DNA of 64,000 nt, from positions 6,756 through 70,755 of the forward strand of contig JBOFDJ010000074.1 of NCBI GenBank assembly GCA_051646885.1, read 5' to 3'. Origin of the DNA: Rhodoglobus sp. (GTDB lineage Bacteria > Actinomycetota > Actinomycetes > Actinomycetales > Microbacteriaceae). The position numbers were made by a program, and so were the translations under genes. The notes beneath the pieces are model-generated. The model had not been told where the DNA came from. It worked only from the letters and a program-made list of their open reading frames with translations, and did no database searches. Positions 42,627 through 51,304 of the stretch are shown piece by piece (position 1 is the stretch's first letter; each line of letters opens with the position of its first letter).

Positions 42627-44411
42627 GTGAGTAGTTCGTCATCAAGCGCCGGGTTTTTTAGCCCGAACATTGGAACTTTTGCTGCTGAACATCTTTCACC
42701 TTCTTATCCTGAGCGTGCCGCTAGAGGGACCGCGCAGAAGTTGCGGGCCTGGCAGGCAGAGGCCCTTGATGCCTATTTTCAGCACGAGCCGCGAGATTTT
42801 CTTACCGCTGCAACTCCTGGTGCAGGAAAAACGACTTTTGCTCTGCGGCTTGCTGTGGAGCTCATTGCCCGCCGGGCCGTTGAGCGGGTTACTGTCGTGA
42901 CCCCGACTGATCATCTCAAACGACAGTGGGCCGATGCAGCGCATCGAGTCGGCTTGCGCCTCGATCCAGACTATTCCAACGGTGACGCCTACGGCGGGCG
43001 ACGGTTCCATGGAATTGCCATTACCTATGCACAACTTGCGGTGCGCGCATCCCTTCACCAAGAGATCACTGAATCATCTCGCACGCTGGTTATCCTCGAC
43101 GAGGTACACCACGGTGGTGACGCGCTGAGCTGGGGAGATGCTATTAGGGTGGCATTCGAGAACGCAACCCGGCGGCTCTCACTGACGGGCACTCCTTTTC
43201 GCAGTGATACAGCACCGATCCCCTTCGTGCAGTATGCGCCGGATGATGCGGGAATCCGGACATCTGTTACCGATTACTCCTATGGATACGGTCGTGCGCT
43301 TGCCGATGGCGTTGTGCGACCGGTGATCTTCATGGCATACGCCGGAAAAATGCGCTGGCGCACCACCATGGGTGACGAAATGGAGGCACGGCTTGGCCAA
43401 GATGATACGAAGGATGTTACCGCCCAAGCGTGGCGCACAGCGTTAGACCCAAGTGGGGAGTGGATGCAGTCCGTCCTGCAGTCGGCTGACCGTCGCTTGA
43501 GCGAGGTTCGACACTCGATTCCGGATGCTGGTGGTCTCGTTATCGCGACAGATCAAGAGGCTGCACGCGCCTACGTTAAACTGCTCCACCAGATTACGGG
43601 AGAGTCCCCGATGGTGGTCCTGTCGGACGAGAAAGAGTCCTCTTCACGGATCGAGACTTTCGCGCAAGGACAGCAGCGCTGGATGGTGGCGGTGCGGATG
43701 GTCTCGGAAGGTGTTGATATTCCGCGTCTCGCTGTCGGCGTGTATGCGACTTCTGCTGCTACCCCCCTCTATTTCGCCCAAGCGGTTGGACGCTTCGTGC
43801 GTGCACGGCGTCGCGGGGAAACGGCATCCATTTTTCTGCCCAGCGTGCCGACGCTCATGACTCTTGCGCGCTTGCTTGAACTGGAGCGTAATCACGCGTT
43901 AGATCGGAGGTCCGAACATAATGGACTTCTTGACGATGATTCTTTGACCCAAGAGAATCGCACCGAAACAGCCTCCGATACGTTGGCACAGGAGTTTATG
44001 TGGGAGGCCATCGACTCCGATGCGAACTTCGACAGGGTGCTATTCGACGGAGATGAATTTGGCTTCGCTGCCGCAACAGGTAGTGATGAAGAACTGGATT
44101 TTATTGGGCTTCCGGGTGTTCTCGAACCCGAGCAGGTGCGCGAACTGCTTCGGCAGCGTCAATCGCGTCAATCGCGTCGAACTGCCGGAAAGCCGAAGAA
44201 CGAGCAGCCGCGCGCACTGTTCCGTGATCTCAAAGAGCAGCGTAGTCTGTTGAATTCTTTGGTAGGGATGCGCGCAAAAATGTCCCACGAGCCGCACGGA
44301 GTGATCCATGCCGAACTTCGCCGCATCTGTGGTGGGCCGGCTGTCGCGCAGGCTACGGTAACTCAGCTGCAGGCCCGGATCGATTATCTACGCCGAGGGA
44401 TTCGTTCCTAG
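42627..44411 (+). CDS. SF2 DEAD/DEAH-box helicase (conserved actinobacterial type)
   Basis: ATPGAGKT, DEVHH, LTGTP, MVSEGVDIP, QAVGRFVR. Confidence 0.9.
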   Translation: MSSSSSSAGFFSPNIGTFAAEHLSPSYPERAARGTAQKLRAWQAEALDAYFQHEPRDFLTAATPGAGKTTFALRLAVELIARRAVERVTVVTPTDHLKRQWADAAHRVGLRLDPDYSNGDAYGGRRFHGIAITYAQLAVRASLHQEITESSRTLVILDEVHHGGDALSWGDAIRVAFENATRRLSLTGTPFRSDTAPIPFVQYAPDDAGIRTSVTDYSYGYGRALADGVVRPVIFMAYAGKMRWRTTMGDEMEARLGQDDTKDVTAQAWRTALDPSGEWMQSVLQSADRRLSEVRHSIPDAGGLVIATDQEAARAYVKLLHQITGESPMVVLSDEKESSSRIETFAQGQQRWMVAVRMVSEGVDIPRLAVGVYATSAATPLYFAQAVGRFVRARRRGETASIFLPSVPTLMTLARLLELERNHALDRRSEHNGLLDDDSLTQENRTETASDTLAQEFMWEAIDSDANFDRVLFDGDEFGFAAATGSDEELDFIGLPGVLEPEQVRELLRQRQSRQSRRTAGKPKNEQPRALFRDLKEQRSLLNSLVGMRAKMSHEPHGVIHAELRRICGGPAVAQATVTQLQARIDYLRRGIRS

Positions 44412-44461
44412 TCGATAAGCTTCAGCCTCGCGCTCCAATGGTGAACACACTGCCACGACAT

Positions 44462-44498
44462 AAGAAACGCCCCGGTATCGGACCGAGGCGTTTCTTTT
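44462..44498. terminator. Intrinsic terminator between the convergent helicase and cspA genes
   Basis: AAGAAACGCC...GGCGTTTCTT stem with T-runs on both strands. Confidence 0.85.
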
Positions 44499-44513
44499 AC
44501 TGAACTATCAAGA

Positions 44514-44717
44514 TCAGAGGGGGCGAATATTCTCCGCCTGGGGACCTTTCGGTCCCTGCGTAATGTCGAACTCAACTTTTTGATTCTCGTCGAGCGACTT
44601 GTAACCACCGGTTGCGATGGCCGAGTAGTGGGCAAACACGTCAGGACTTCCGTCCTCAGGGGCAATGAAACCAAAACCCTTTTCTGCGTTGAACCACTTG
44701 ACGGTACCTAATGCCAT
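44514..44717 (-). CDS. cspA: Cold-shock protein
   Basis: [30 protein letters not shown]; start behind GGAGGAG. Confidence 0.97.
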   Translation of the reverse strand: MALGTVKWFNAEKGFGFIAPEDGSPDVFAHYSAIATGGYKSLDENQKVEFDITQGPKGPQAENIRPL

Positions 44718-44971
44718 GTAAAACTCCTCCAGGAGCGTTCTTCTAGCCCCGACAGTCGAGGCCGCATCCACGCATCACATGCGCGAACGATGTTTCTAGG
44801 CTATAGCAGTACTTGCCTGAGTTCGCCATGTATTCACTAAATAGTGCGAAATGGTAACCAAGCGTCATCTGTTGTTCATCTTTCGGTCGCGATATGTGCC
44901 GTAGATAGCGACATTGCGTAATAGTCGTCTGATTGGTATTCAATGTCCTTGAACTCCACTAACCTCACAGT

Positions 44972-45994
44972 GTGAGTTTTATCGAAGCCACCCAGCTAAC
45001 CAAAACGTACCTGCCGCGGGCTGCCCAAGCCGTTCACGCTCTCGCGGGGTTGGATCTTGTCGTGCCGCAGGGTACTGTCACGGCGTTGCTCGGACCGAAC
45101 GGTGCCGGTAAAACTACCACAGTTAAGGTGCTCACCACCCTGCTCAAGCCCGATTCTGGCACCGCGATCATTGATGGCATCGACGTGGTCCGCCACCCAG
45201 AGCGCATCAGGCCAATTATCGGTGTCTCTGGTCAGTATGCAGCGGTTGATGAGAACCTGACCGGTTTTGAGAACCTTGAGATGGTGGGTCGTCTCTATCA
45301 CCTTGGTGCTCGGCAGTCCCGCATCCGCGCGAAAGAGCTCATCGAGCTCTTCGACCTCAGTGATGCTCAAAACAGGCCAGTAAAAGGGTTCTCTGGCGGA
45401 ATGCGGCGGCGCATCGACTTAGCCGGGGCACTCGTCACACGACCCAGAGTGTTGTTTCTTGACGAACCGACCACAGGACTAGACCCGCGCAGCCGTCTAG
45501 GCATGTGGGACATTATTACCCATCTTGTTGGTCAAGGAACGACTGTCCTGCTCACCACACAGTATCTTGAGGAAGCAGACCAACTCGCTGATAGCATCTC
45601 AGTGATCGATGGGGGTGCCGTTATCGCACAGGGCACGTCTGACGAGTTGAAAGCCTCGATTGGTGGGCAGCGGGTCGAGTTGAGTCTCGTTTCTGCCGAA
45701 GACGCTGATGCGGTCTACGAGATTCTTGGCCGGGTTGGCACCTCCGAACCCACACGATCAGCTGATGGTCGCAGTCTGACCGTCACCGCAGAAGATGCTC
45801 CTACCGCGCTGCAGTTGATTTTGAAAGAGCTCGGTAGTCGCGGTATTCAGCTTTTCGACGCGGGCATGCGCAGACCAACTCTGGATGATGTATTCCTTCG
45901 GTTAACGGGCCATGTCGCTTCGGATGACGATAGCGCCGAAGAGGAAAAGACCCAAGGTAAAAGCGGAAAAAAGAAAAAAACAGGGAACCAATAA
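44972..45994 (+). CDS. DrrA-like ABC exporter ATP-binding protein
   Basis: GPNGAGKTT, GQYAAVDE.LTG.ENL, FSGGMRRR, LDEPTTGLDP, LTTQYLEEA, PTLDDVFL. Confidence 0.92.
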   Translation: MSFIEATQLTKTYLPRAAQAVHALAGLDLVVPQGTVTALLGPNGAGKTTTVKVLTTLLKPDSGTAIIDGIDVVRHPERIRPIIGVSGQYAAVDENLTGFENLEMVGRLYHLGARQSRIRAKELIELFDLSDAQNRPVKGFSGGMRRRIDLAGALVTRPRVLFLDEPTTGLDPRSRLGMWDIITHLVGQGTTVLLTTQYLEEADQLADSISVIDGGAVIAQGTSDELKASIGGQRVELSLVSAEDADAVYEILGRVGTSEPTRSADGRSLTVTAEDAPTALQLILKELGSRGIQLFDAGMRRPTLDDVFLRLTGHVASDDDSAEEEKTQGKSGKKKKTGNQ

Positions 45995-46866
45995 TGAGTG
46001 CATCAACTCCAGCGACGCCATCGACTCTTGCACCGGGAAATTCATCGGGATCGCCGCTCTCGCAGAGCGCAGTCTTCAGATGGTTTTCTGATGGGTGGAT
46101 CACTACTCGCCGTAACCTGATCAAAATTAAGCGTGTCCCGGACATTCTCGTCTTTACGACAGTGCAGCCGATTATGTTTGTTCTGCTGTTTACCTATGTC
46201 TATGCCGGGGTGATCACCATTCCCGGAAGCACCTATGCAGAGTTTATTATGGCGGGAATTTTTGCTCAGACGGTCGTGTTTGGCTCGACCTATTCTGGCT
46301 CGGCCATGGCTCAAGATCTCAAAGATGGCATCATTGATCGATTCCGGACTCTGCCGATGAGTCCGTCTTCTGTGCTCGTTGGTCGAACCAACGGTGACCT
46401 TCTCATCAACTCCCTTTCCATGGTTGTCATGATGACGACCGGGCTTATTGTGGGGTGGAGAATTGAATCCAGTGTTCTCGAAGCTTTGGCAGCCGTTTCA
46501 CTGATTCTTTTGTTTGCTTATGCTCTTTCCTGGGTGATGGCTTTTCTGGGAATGAGTGTGAGGAGTCCAGAAATTATCAACAATGTTTCCTTCCTCGTGT
46601 TGTTTCCGCTGACATTTCTCTCCAGTGCATTTGTGCCGACTGACACGTTACCCACTCCGCTAAGAATCTTCGCCGAACTCAACCCGGTGACATCGCTGGT
46701 GAACGCTGCTCGAGAGTTATTTGGTAACGTTCCGGCAAATGTACCTGAGCCCACGGTCTGGACCCAGCAACATCCAATATTGACGGTACTCATCGGTATT
46801 GCCGTGCTTTTGGTCGTGTTCGTTCCTTTGTCAATTAGAAAATACCGAAGTATCAGCACGCGTTAG
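45994..46866 (+). CDS. DrrB-like ABC-2 type permease
   Basis: QP.MFVLLF, DLKDGIIDRFRTLPM, FLSSAFVP, NPVT; about 6 TM; coupled to the ATPase. Confidence 0.92.
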   Translation: MSASTPATPSTLAPGNSSGSPLSQSAVFRWFSDGWITTRRNLIKIKRVPDILVFTTVQPIMFVLLFTYVYAGVITIPGSTYAEFIMAGIFAQTVVFGSTYSGSAMAQDLKDGIIDRFRTLPMSPSSVLVGRTNGDLLINSLSMVVMMTTGLIVGWRIESSVLEALAAVSLILLFAYALSWVMAFLGMSVRSPEIINNVSFLVLFPLTFLSSAFVPTDTLPTPLRIFAELNPVTSLVNAARELFGNVPANVPEPTVWTQQHPILTVLIGIAVLLVVFVPLSIRKYRSISTR

Positions 46867-46931
46867 CTGGGCACGATCCGGTGGTTGATGTTATAGCTGC
46901 TTAATGAAAATTACTCGCAGTAGTACCGGGG

Positions 46932-47576
46932 ATGGGGATCGGGGTGAGCGCACGACGAACGACCGGCGTAGTGCGACTTGCTCTCGCTAGTGTCGGCGCG
47001 GTCGCCCTTATCGCTCGCTTTATCTGGGGAATGGGCTCGGCAGCTTTTACACCCATCAACTACTTCGCTTATCTCACCATTCAGAGCACTGTTGTTTTCG
47101 TCGTGGTGACGCTGATCGCCGCCGTTTACGCTTTTGGCAAAGAGCGGGATCCTGCTCGTCTGACCGCTATTCGTGCTTGCGTTGTGACGTGCACAGTGAC
47201 CGCGGGGATTCTCTTTGCTGCGATTGTGTCACAAGCGGGTTCGAACACCGTTCCCATCGATGTGTCATGGTCAGATGCCGTGCTGCACTTTTGGTTACCC
47301 CCTCTCGCAGTTCTTGAATGGTTTCTTTCGCCGGGGCGCGGCCATGCTCCCTGGCGCGTAGCGATCTTTGTGCTTGGCTACACTTTGATCTGGGGAGGCT
47401 TGACCATGGTGCGTGGCGATATCGTCGGATGGTACCCGTATTACTTTCTTGACCCAGGTCAACTCGAGAGTGTGGGAGAGTTCGCGATGTTCTCCGGGAT
47501 GGCACTAACGGTGTTCGCAGCGGTCGCCTTCGGCGTGGTTGCCCTTAGCCGGATTGGGCGAAAGGAAGCAGACTAG
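46932..47576 (+). CDS. Pr6Pr-like integral membrane protein
   Basis: YFAYLTIQS, LH..P...LEW, G.WYPYYFLDP. Confidence 0.75.
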   Translation: MGIGVSARRTTGVVRLALASVGAVALIARFIWGMGSAAFTPINYFAYLTIQSTVVFVVVTLIAAVYAFGKERDPARLTAIRACVVTCTVTAGILFAAIVSQAGSNTVPIDVSWSDAVLHFWLPPLAVLEWFLSPGRGHAPWRVAIFVLGYTLIWGGLTMVRGDIVGWYPYYFLDPGQLESVGEFAMFSGMALTVFAAVAFGVVALSRIGRKEAD

Positions 47577-48984
47577 TCCTGATAAGCGTAGTGAGATCGT
47601 CGTCGCTAAGTTCATGAAGCGCAAGGGCAGCATCTGCTCCGATCAATCCCACGAGAACCGATTCCCCGGTCAACGGAAGCAGGTTAACCCAGGTCGTGAT
47701 CAGTTCGCTGGTTCCGAGCAGACTCCAGTTAACGGCATCCGTTTTCCAAAACTGTTGATCGAAGCGAACGATAACAAGCTCGATATTTCCCACAGAAATA
47801 GCGTCAATAGCTGCCCGATGGACGAGAGGCAATAGGGGGCTGAACTCGATAGATCCTGCTTTGAGTACTCCGAGGGGAACGGTCACTACGGTTCGATCAA
47901 CACTCAGCGATTCCCCGGTTCCCAATCGAAGCCGCACACCGTCGTTGTCGTATGAGATACCTGCCACGACTGTGGAGAGAAAAGTCTCAACACCCTCAAG
48001 ATCCTTGTCGACTATGGCTGCAAGTGAGCCAGTCACCAGCCGACTGTTTTTCAGGACAGAGCGTGGGGCAAACCACGCGGAAAGAGAGGATGCCTCTGCT
48101 CCTGTGCGGGTAGCGAGCAGTCGTAGATGCTGCTCAAGCAGGACTTGTCCACTCAGCTCCTCGAACTGAGTGGATTCGGCGGTCTCTGAGGCCCCCGAGT
48201 CAAGCAAAGCCTCGGCGAGGGTGGAGTCTGTTGTCTGTTCGACCGCCCAGGTGAGCGCAGCCTCAAGCGCGGCCTCACCGATTGTTCGGGACCGTTGTGA
48301 TGGGTCTCCTGACGCGAGCACCGGTGTCACAATCATCGCATCCGATGTGGAATCCCTCACGAAATCTGATGCCAGTATCGGAACCGAAGCCACCCCTAGT
48401 TTGGCTATTGCGTCGAGGAGCTCGGCGTCAGACTCCTCATCAAGGTGCCAAGCACCTAACTGAAGGAATCTACTGCCGGTGCCGGCGACACTGTGGATGC
48501 GCCCTCCGATGCGATCTCGCGCTTCGATGACGATAACTTTGTGCCCCAGTGCTAATAGACGGCGCGCGCATTCAGCCCCCGCCGCTCCTGCGCCAATGAC
48601 TGCTATTCGCTCATCAGGGCTCGAAAGATCGTGGATTTCGGTAGCTGCCCTAGCGCCCGAACTGCGGGCCCCGCGAATAGTGGATGGCTCGGTAGCTGTG
48701 GCTTCACCGGCGAAAAACAAACGATCCTTTACAGGCTGCGCAAGGTTTTCGCGATGCGATGGGGTCGCTCCCACCGGAAGGTAGCTCACGGCCCCTAGTG
48801 CAAAAGGATCGGCTGCCCAGTTGCTTCGTATGAGAGCAGAAGGTGCCGGTATGTCCTCTATGCTTCTGCCCGTCGACGTTGCCCCAGGTGTGGGAGCAGG
48901 GTCGGCCTGTGTGCATGCGGTCACAATAAGCCAAGACGATCCAAGTCCAGCCACGAGGAGAAAGTTCCGTCGTGTAAATGACAT
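47545..48984 (-). CDS. Tat-exported lipoprotein, flavin amine oxidase family, circularly permuted
   Basis: TRRNFL + IVTAC; W..DPFA.G and LFFAGEAT come before GAGAAG/EARDRIGGR. Confidence 0.82.
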   Translation of the reverse strand: MSFTRRNFLLVAGLGSSWLIVTACTQADPAPTPGATSTGRSIEDIPAPSALIRSNWAADPFALGAVSYLPVGATPSHRENLAQPVKDRLFFAGEATATEPSTIRGARSSGARAATEIHDLSSPDERIAVIGAGAAGAECARRLLALGHKVIVIEARDRIGGRIHSVAGTGSRFLQLGAWHLDEESDAELLDAIAKLGVASVPILASDFVRDSTSDAMIVTPVLASGDPSQRSRTIGEAALEAALTWAVEQTTDSTLAEALLDSGASETAESTQFEELSGQVLLEQHLRLLATRTGAEASSLSAWFAPRSVLKNSRLVTGSLAAIVDKDLEGVETFLSTVVAGISYDNDGVRLRLGTGESLSVDRTVVTVPLGVLKAGSIEFSPLLPLVHRAAIDAISVGNIELVIVRFDQQFWKTDAVNWSLLGTSELITTWVNLLPLTGESVLVGLIGADAALALHELSDDDLTTLIRTSLLPFAQSG

Positions 48985-49135
48985 CGCGTTCCTCACTGTA
49001 GTGAATGGCTAGTTTTCTGAAAAACAATGGCGCACTTATCTCTAGTGTAAGGAGCAGTGCTAGGCAAGCCGCAGTAGAAAATACTGCGACTTGCGATATT
49101 GTGTGAGCAGTTGGGATAGCAACGGGGGATTTGGC

Positions 49136-50491
49136 ATGTTGATCGAGCCGGGGAATTGGCCCAGTGGGCTGCTGCGTCGCTACACGCCCTTAGTGCTTAT
49201 CGCCCATGGGGGGATGGCAAGCGTGTATCGGGCTCGTGATAATTTTCTGGGCCGGGATGTTGCGATTAAGATTTTTCGAGCTAGCGCAACTACCGAGGTT
49301 GAATTTCGCAAACAAGAAGTTGAAGTAAACCTCTTAGCTCGACTAAATCATCCCAACCTGGTGACTTTATTGGATGCTGCTGTTGATCGTGGAAACCCGG
49401 AAAAGACTCAAATCTACTACGTCATGGAGCTTGTCGAAGGTACCGACTTGAAACGTCGCCTCGACGATGGTCCTCTTTGCGGGCGTCAGGTGGCGCAGAT
49501 CGGTTATTCGATTGCCACTGCTCTCGAACATGTACACGGCCTGAAGATCGTTCATCGAGATGTTAAACCCGCCAATATTTTGATTACCATGAGTTCAGAT
49601 GGTGTGACACTCAAGGCCACACTGGGCGATTTCGGTATCGCCTCACTGGGTAATGCGAAAGCGATCACGGATGATGAAGTAGTCAGCGGCACTGTCGCCT
49701 ATTTCAGTCCCGAGCAGGCAATGGGTGACGAGGTGGGGGCGGCAAGTGACGTTTACTCTTTGGGCCTTGTGTTGTTACAGTGCCTTACTGCGGAGCTAGC
49801 ATTCCCCGGTCCTGCTGAGTACTCAGCACTAGCGAGATTATTCGATGATCCGGTGATTCCTCAGAGTGTTCCGGCTGACTGGCATCAGCTCCTGAGGGCA
49901 ATGACCGCACGGCGCGCTGTTGATCGTCCTGACATCCACGATGTAGCGGTGGCACTAGATCAACTTGCTTTCAGGGAATCTGGTCGTCATAGATCGACCT
50001 TAAAGTCCAACTCTTCGGAGCTGACCGAACTGGTTCCCGACGGGGCTTTCGATAAAATTACTGCCCTCGCATCACGGGTTCTAGCGATGCCGATCGCGCT
50101 CATTAGCGTTCTTGGCCATGATCGGATCTGGTTCACCGCGCGACAAGACATAGATATGAATCGCATTGCCATCGATGCCGGTCGCTATGCCGGTGCATTA
50201 CTCCAGCCATGGCCCTGGGTTATTGAGGATGCGCTGCTCGACTCGCGCGCAGCCGATAACCCGCTACTGCCTGGTGATAACATCTTCAGATCTTACGTCG
50301 GGGTTCCCTTAGTGCGAGGGGATGGCATCGTGACCGGTACCCTGTGCCTACTATCACCTGAACCCCGCCGGATCACAGTAGATGACCTCGCGACCCTCAA
50401 GGATCTTGCAGCCATGGCGATGCGAGAACTTGAGCTACGTGTCGACATACCTGAGTTGACCTCCGGGGCTTTTCATAGCTCTCTTCGTTAG
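49136..50491 (+). CDS. Hanks-type Ser/Thr protein kinase with C-terminal GAF domain
   Basis: GGMASVY, VAIK, HRDVKPAN, DFG, GTVAYFSPE; GAF pattern FD.IT.LA...PIALIS...NP...YVGVPL...GTLCL. Confidence 0.88.
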   Translation: MLIEPGNWPSGLLRRYTPLVLIAHGGMASVYRARDNFLGRDVAIKIFRASATTEVEFRKQEVEVNLLARLNHPNLVTLLDAAVDRGNPEKTQIYYVMELVEGTDLKRRLDDGPLCGRQVAQIGYSIATALEHVHGLKIVHRDVKPANILITMSSDGVTLKATLGDFGIASLGNAKAITDDEVVSGTVAYFSPEQAMGDEVGAASDVYSLGLVLLQCLTAELAFPGPAEYSALARLFDDPVIPQSVPADWHQLLRAMTARRAVDRPDIHDVAVALDQLAFRESGRHRSTLKSNSSELTELVPDGAFDKITALASRVLAMPIALISVLGHDRIWFTARQDIDMNRIAIDAGRYAGALLQPWPWVIEDALLDSRAADNPLLPGDNIFRSYVGVPLVRGDGIVTGTLCLLSPEPRRITVDDLATLKDLAAMAMRELELRVDIPELTSGAFHSSLR

Positions 50492-50584
50492 TTTTCTTTC
50501 TGTTGACATCAGTAATGGTCGACCACCGGGTCGTAATAGACGTAGCGTTAGTCGGGATACCAATCATGTCTCGAGAGGACTGCT

Positions 50585-51304
50585 GTGCCGGAGTGTATCC
50601 ATGGACTTGAAATTCCAGTATGCGATAGCTGTTTTCCCCAAGCCGTTCCTCAGCGACCGGTTCTCGCGCGTTCGAGCTCACGCTCCCGAGTCAGTGCCCC
50701 AACGCCGGTCTCCCGAAAGTCTTATAACTCCGGGGCTCAACGGATCTATCACGTCACGCATATCAATAATCTGGAACCGATCCTGGCGCGAGGAGCTCTT
50801 ATCGCCGAGGCGGTTCCCGTTGTTGATCTGAGTACCGAACTGACTCGAGAGCTTCGTCGTTCAGCCCAGGTTACTGCGGAGGGCTCGATGGTCAGCGAGT
50901 ATGTCGCTTTCTCTCTCAGCCCCCACGCTACTTTTTGGGAGCGACTGCGAACCGGGGCTCACGACGAGACACGGTGGTCGTCGGCTGCCCGGTCAGCGGC
51001 ATCCGTCGACTTCGTGTTTCTCGTGAGCACGGTGGGAATTCTGGGTTCTGACGCTGTGATCGCAGATGGCGATGCCGCCCACAGCCTTACACGTTTCGCG
51101 AGGGGGGAATCCGCGACCAGAATGCTCGAACAGCTGTATAGCAGCGATCAACTCCAGGAAGCCGAGGTTCTCTGCCCAACCTCCGTTCCCTTCGGGTCTG
51201 TGCAGCTCATTGGGGTGGCTAATAATCTGGTCCGAGATCGCGTCAAGAAACTCACAACGACGAAGGTGGTGGTCTATCCTCCATGGTTTCAGATAACCGA
51301 GTAG
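50585..51304 (+). CDS. DarT-like (DUF4433) ADP-ribosyltransferase family protein with N-terminal Cys/His motif
   Basis: IYHVTHINNL..IL..G.L, EYVAF, FLVST, DGDAA, catalytic-position AEVL, IGV, C-terminal PPWF align with DarT motifs. Confidence 0.8.
   Translation: MPECIHGLEIPVCDSCFPQAVPQRPVLARSSSRSRVSAPTPVSRKSYNSGAQRIYHVTHINNLEPILARGALIAEAVPVVDLSTELTRELRRSAQVTAEGSMVSEYVAFSLSPHATFWERLRTGAHDETRWSSAARSAASVDFVFLVSTVGILGSDAVIADGDAAHSLTRFARGESATRMLEQLYSSDQLQEAEVLCPTSVPFGSVQLIGVANNLVRDRVKKLTTTKVVVYPPWFQITE

Noticed and set aside
41321-44411. dinB plus helicase as a mutasome or defence cassette
   Set aside because: There is no imuA/dnaE2 or nuclease partner; both look like ordinary conserved actinobacterial genes.
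46902-46925. TAATGAAAAT resembling half a Zur box before the Pr6Pr-like gene
   Set aside because: The second half-site matches poorly (about 6/10) and the gene has no metal-related function.
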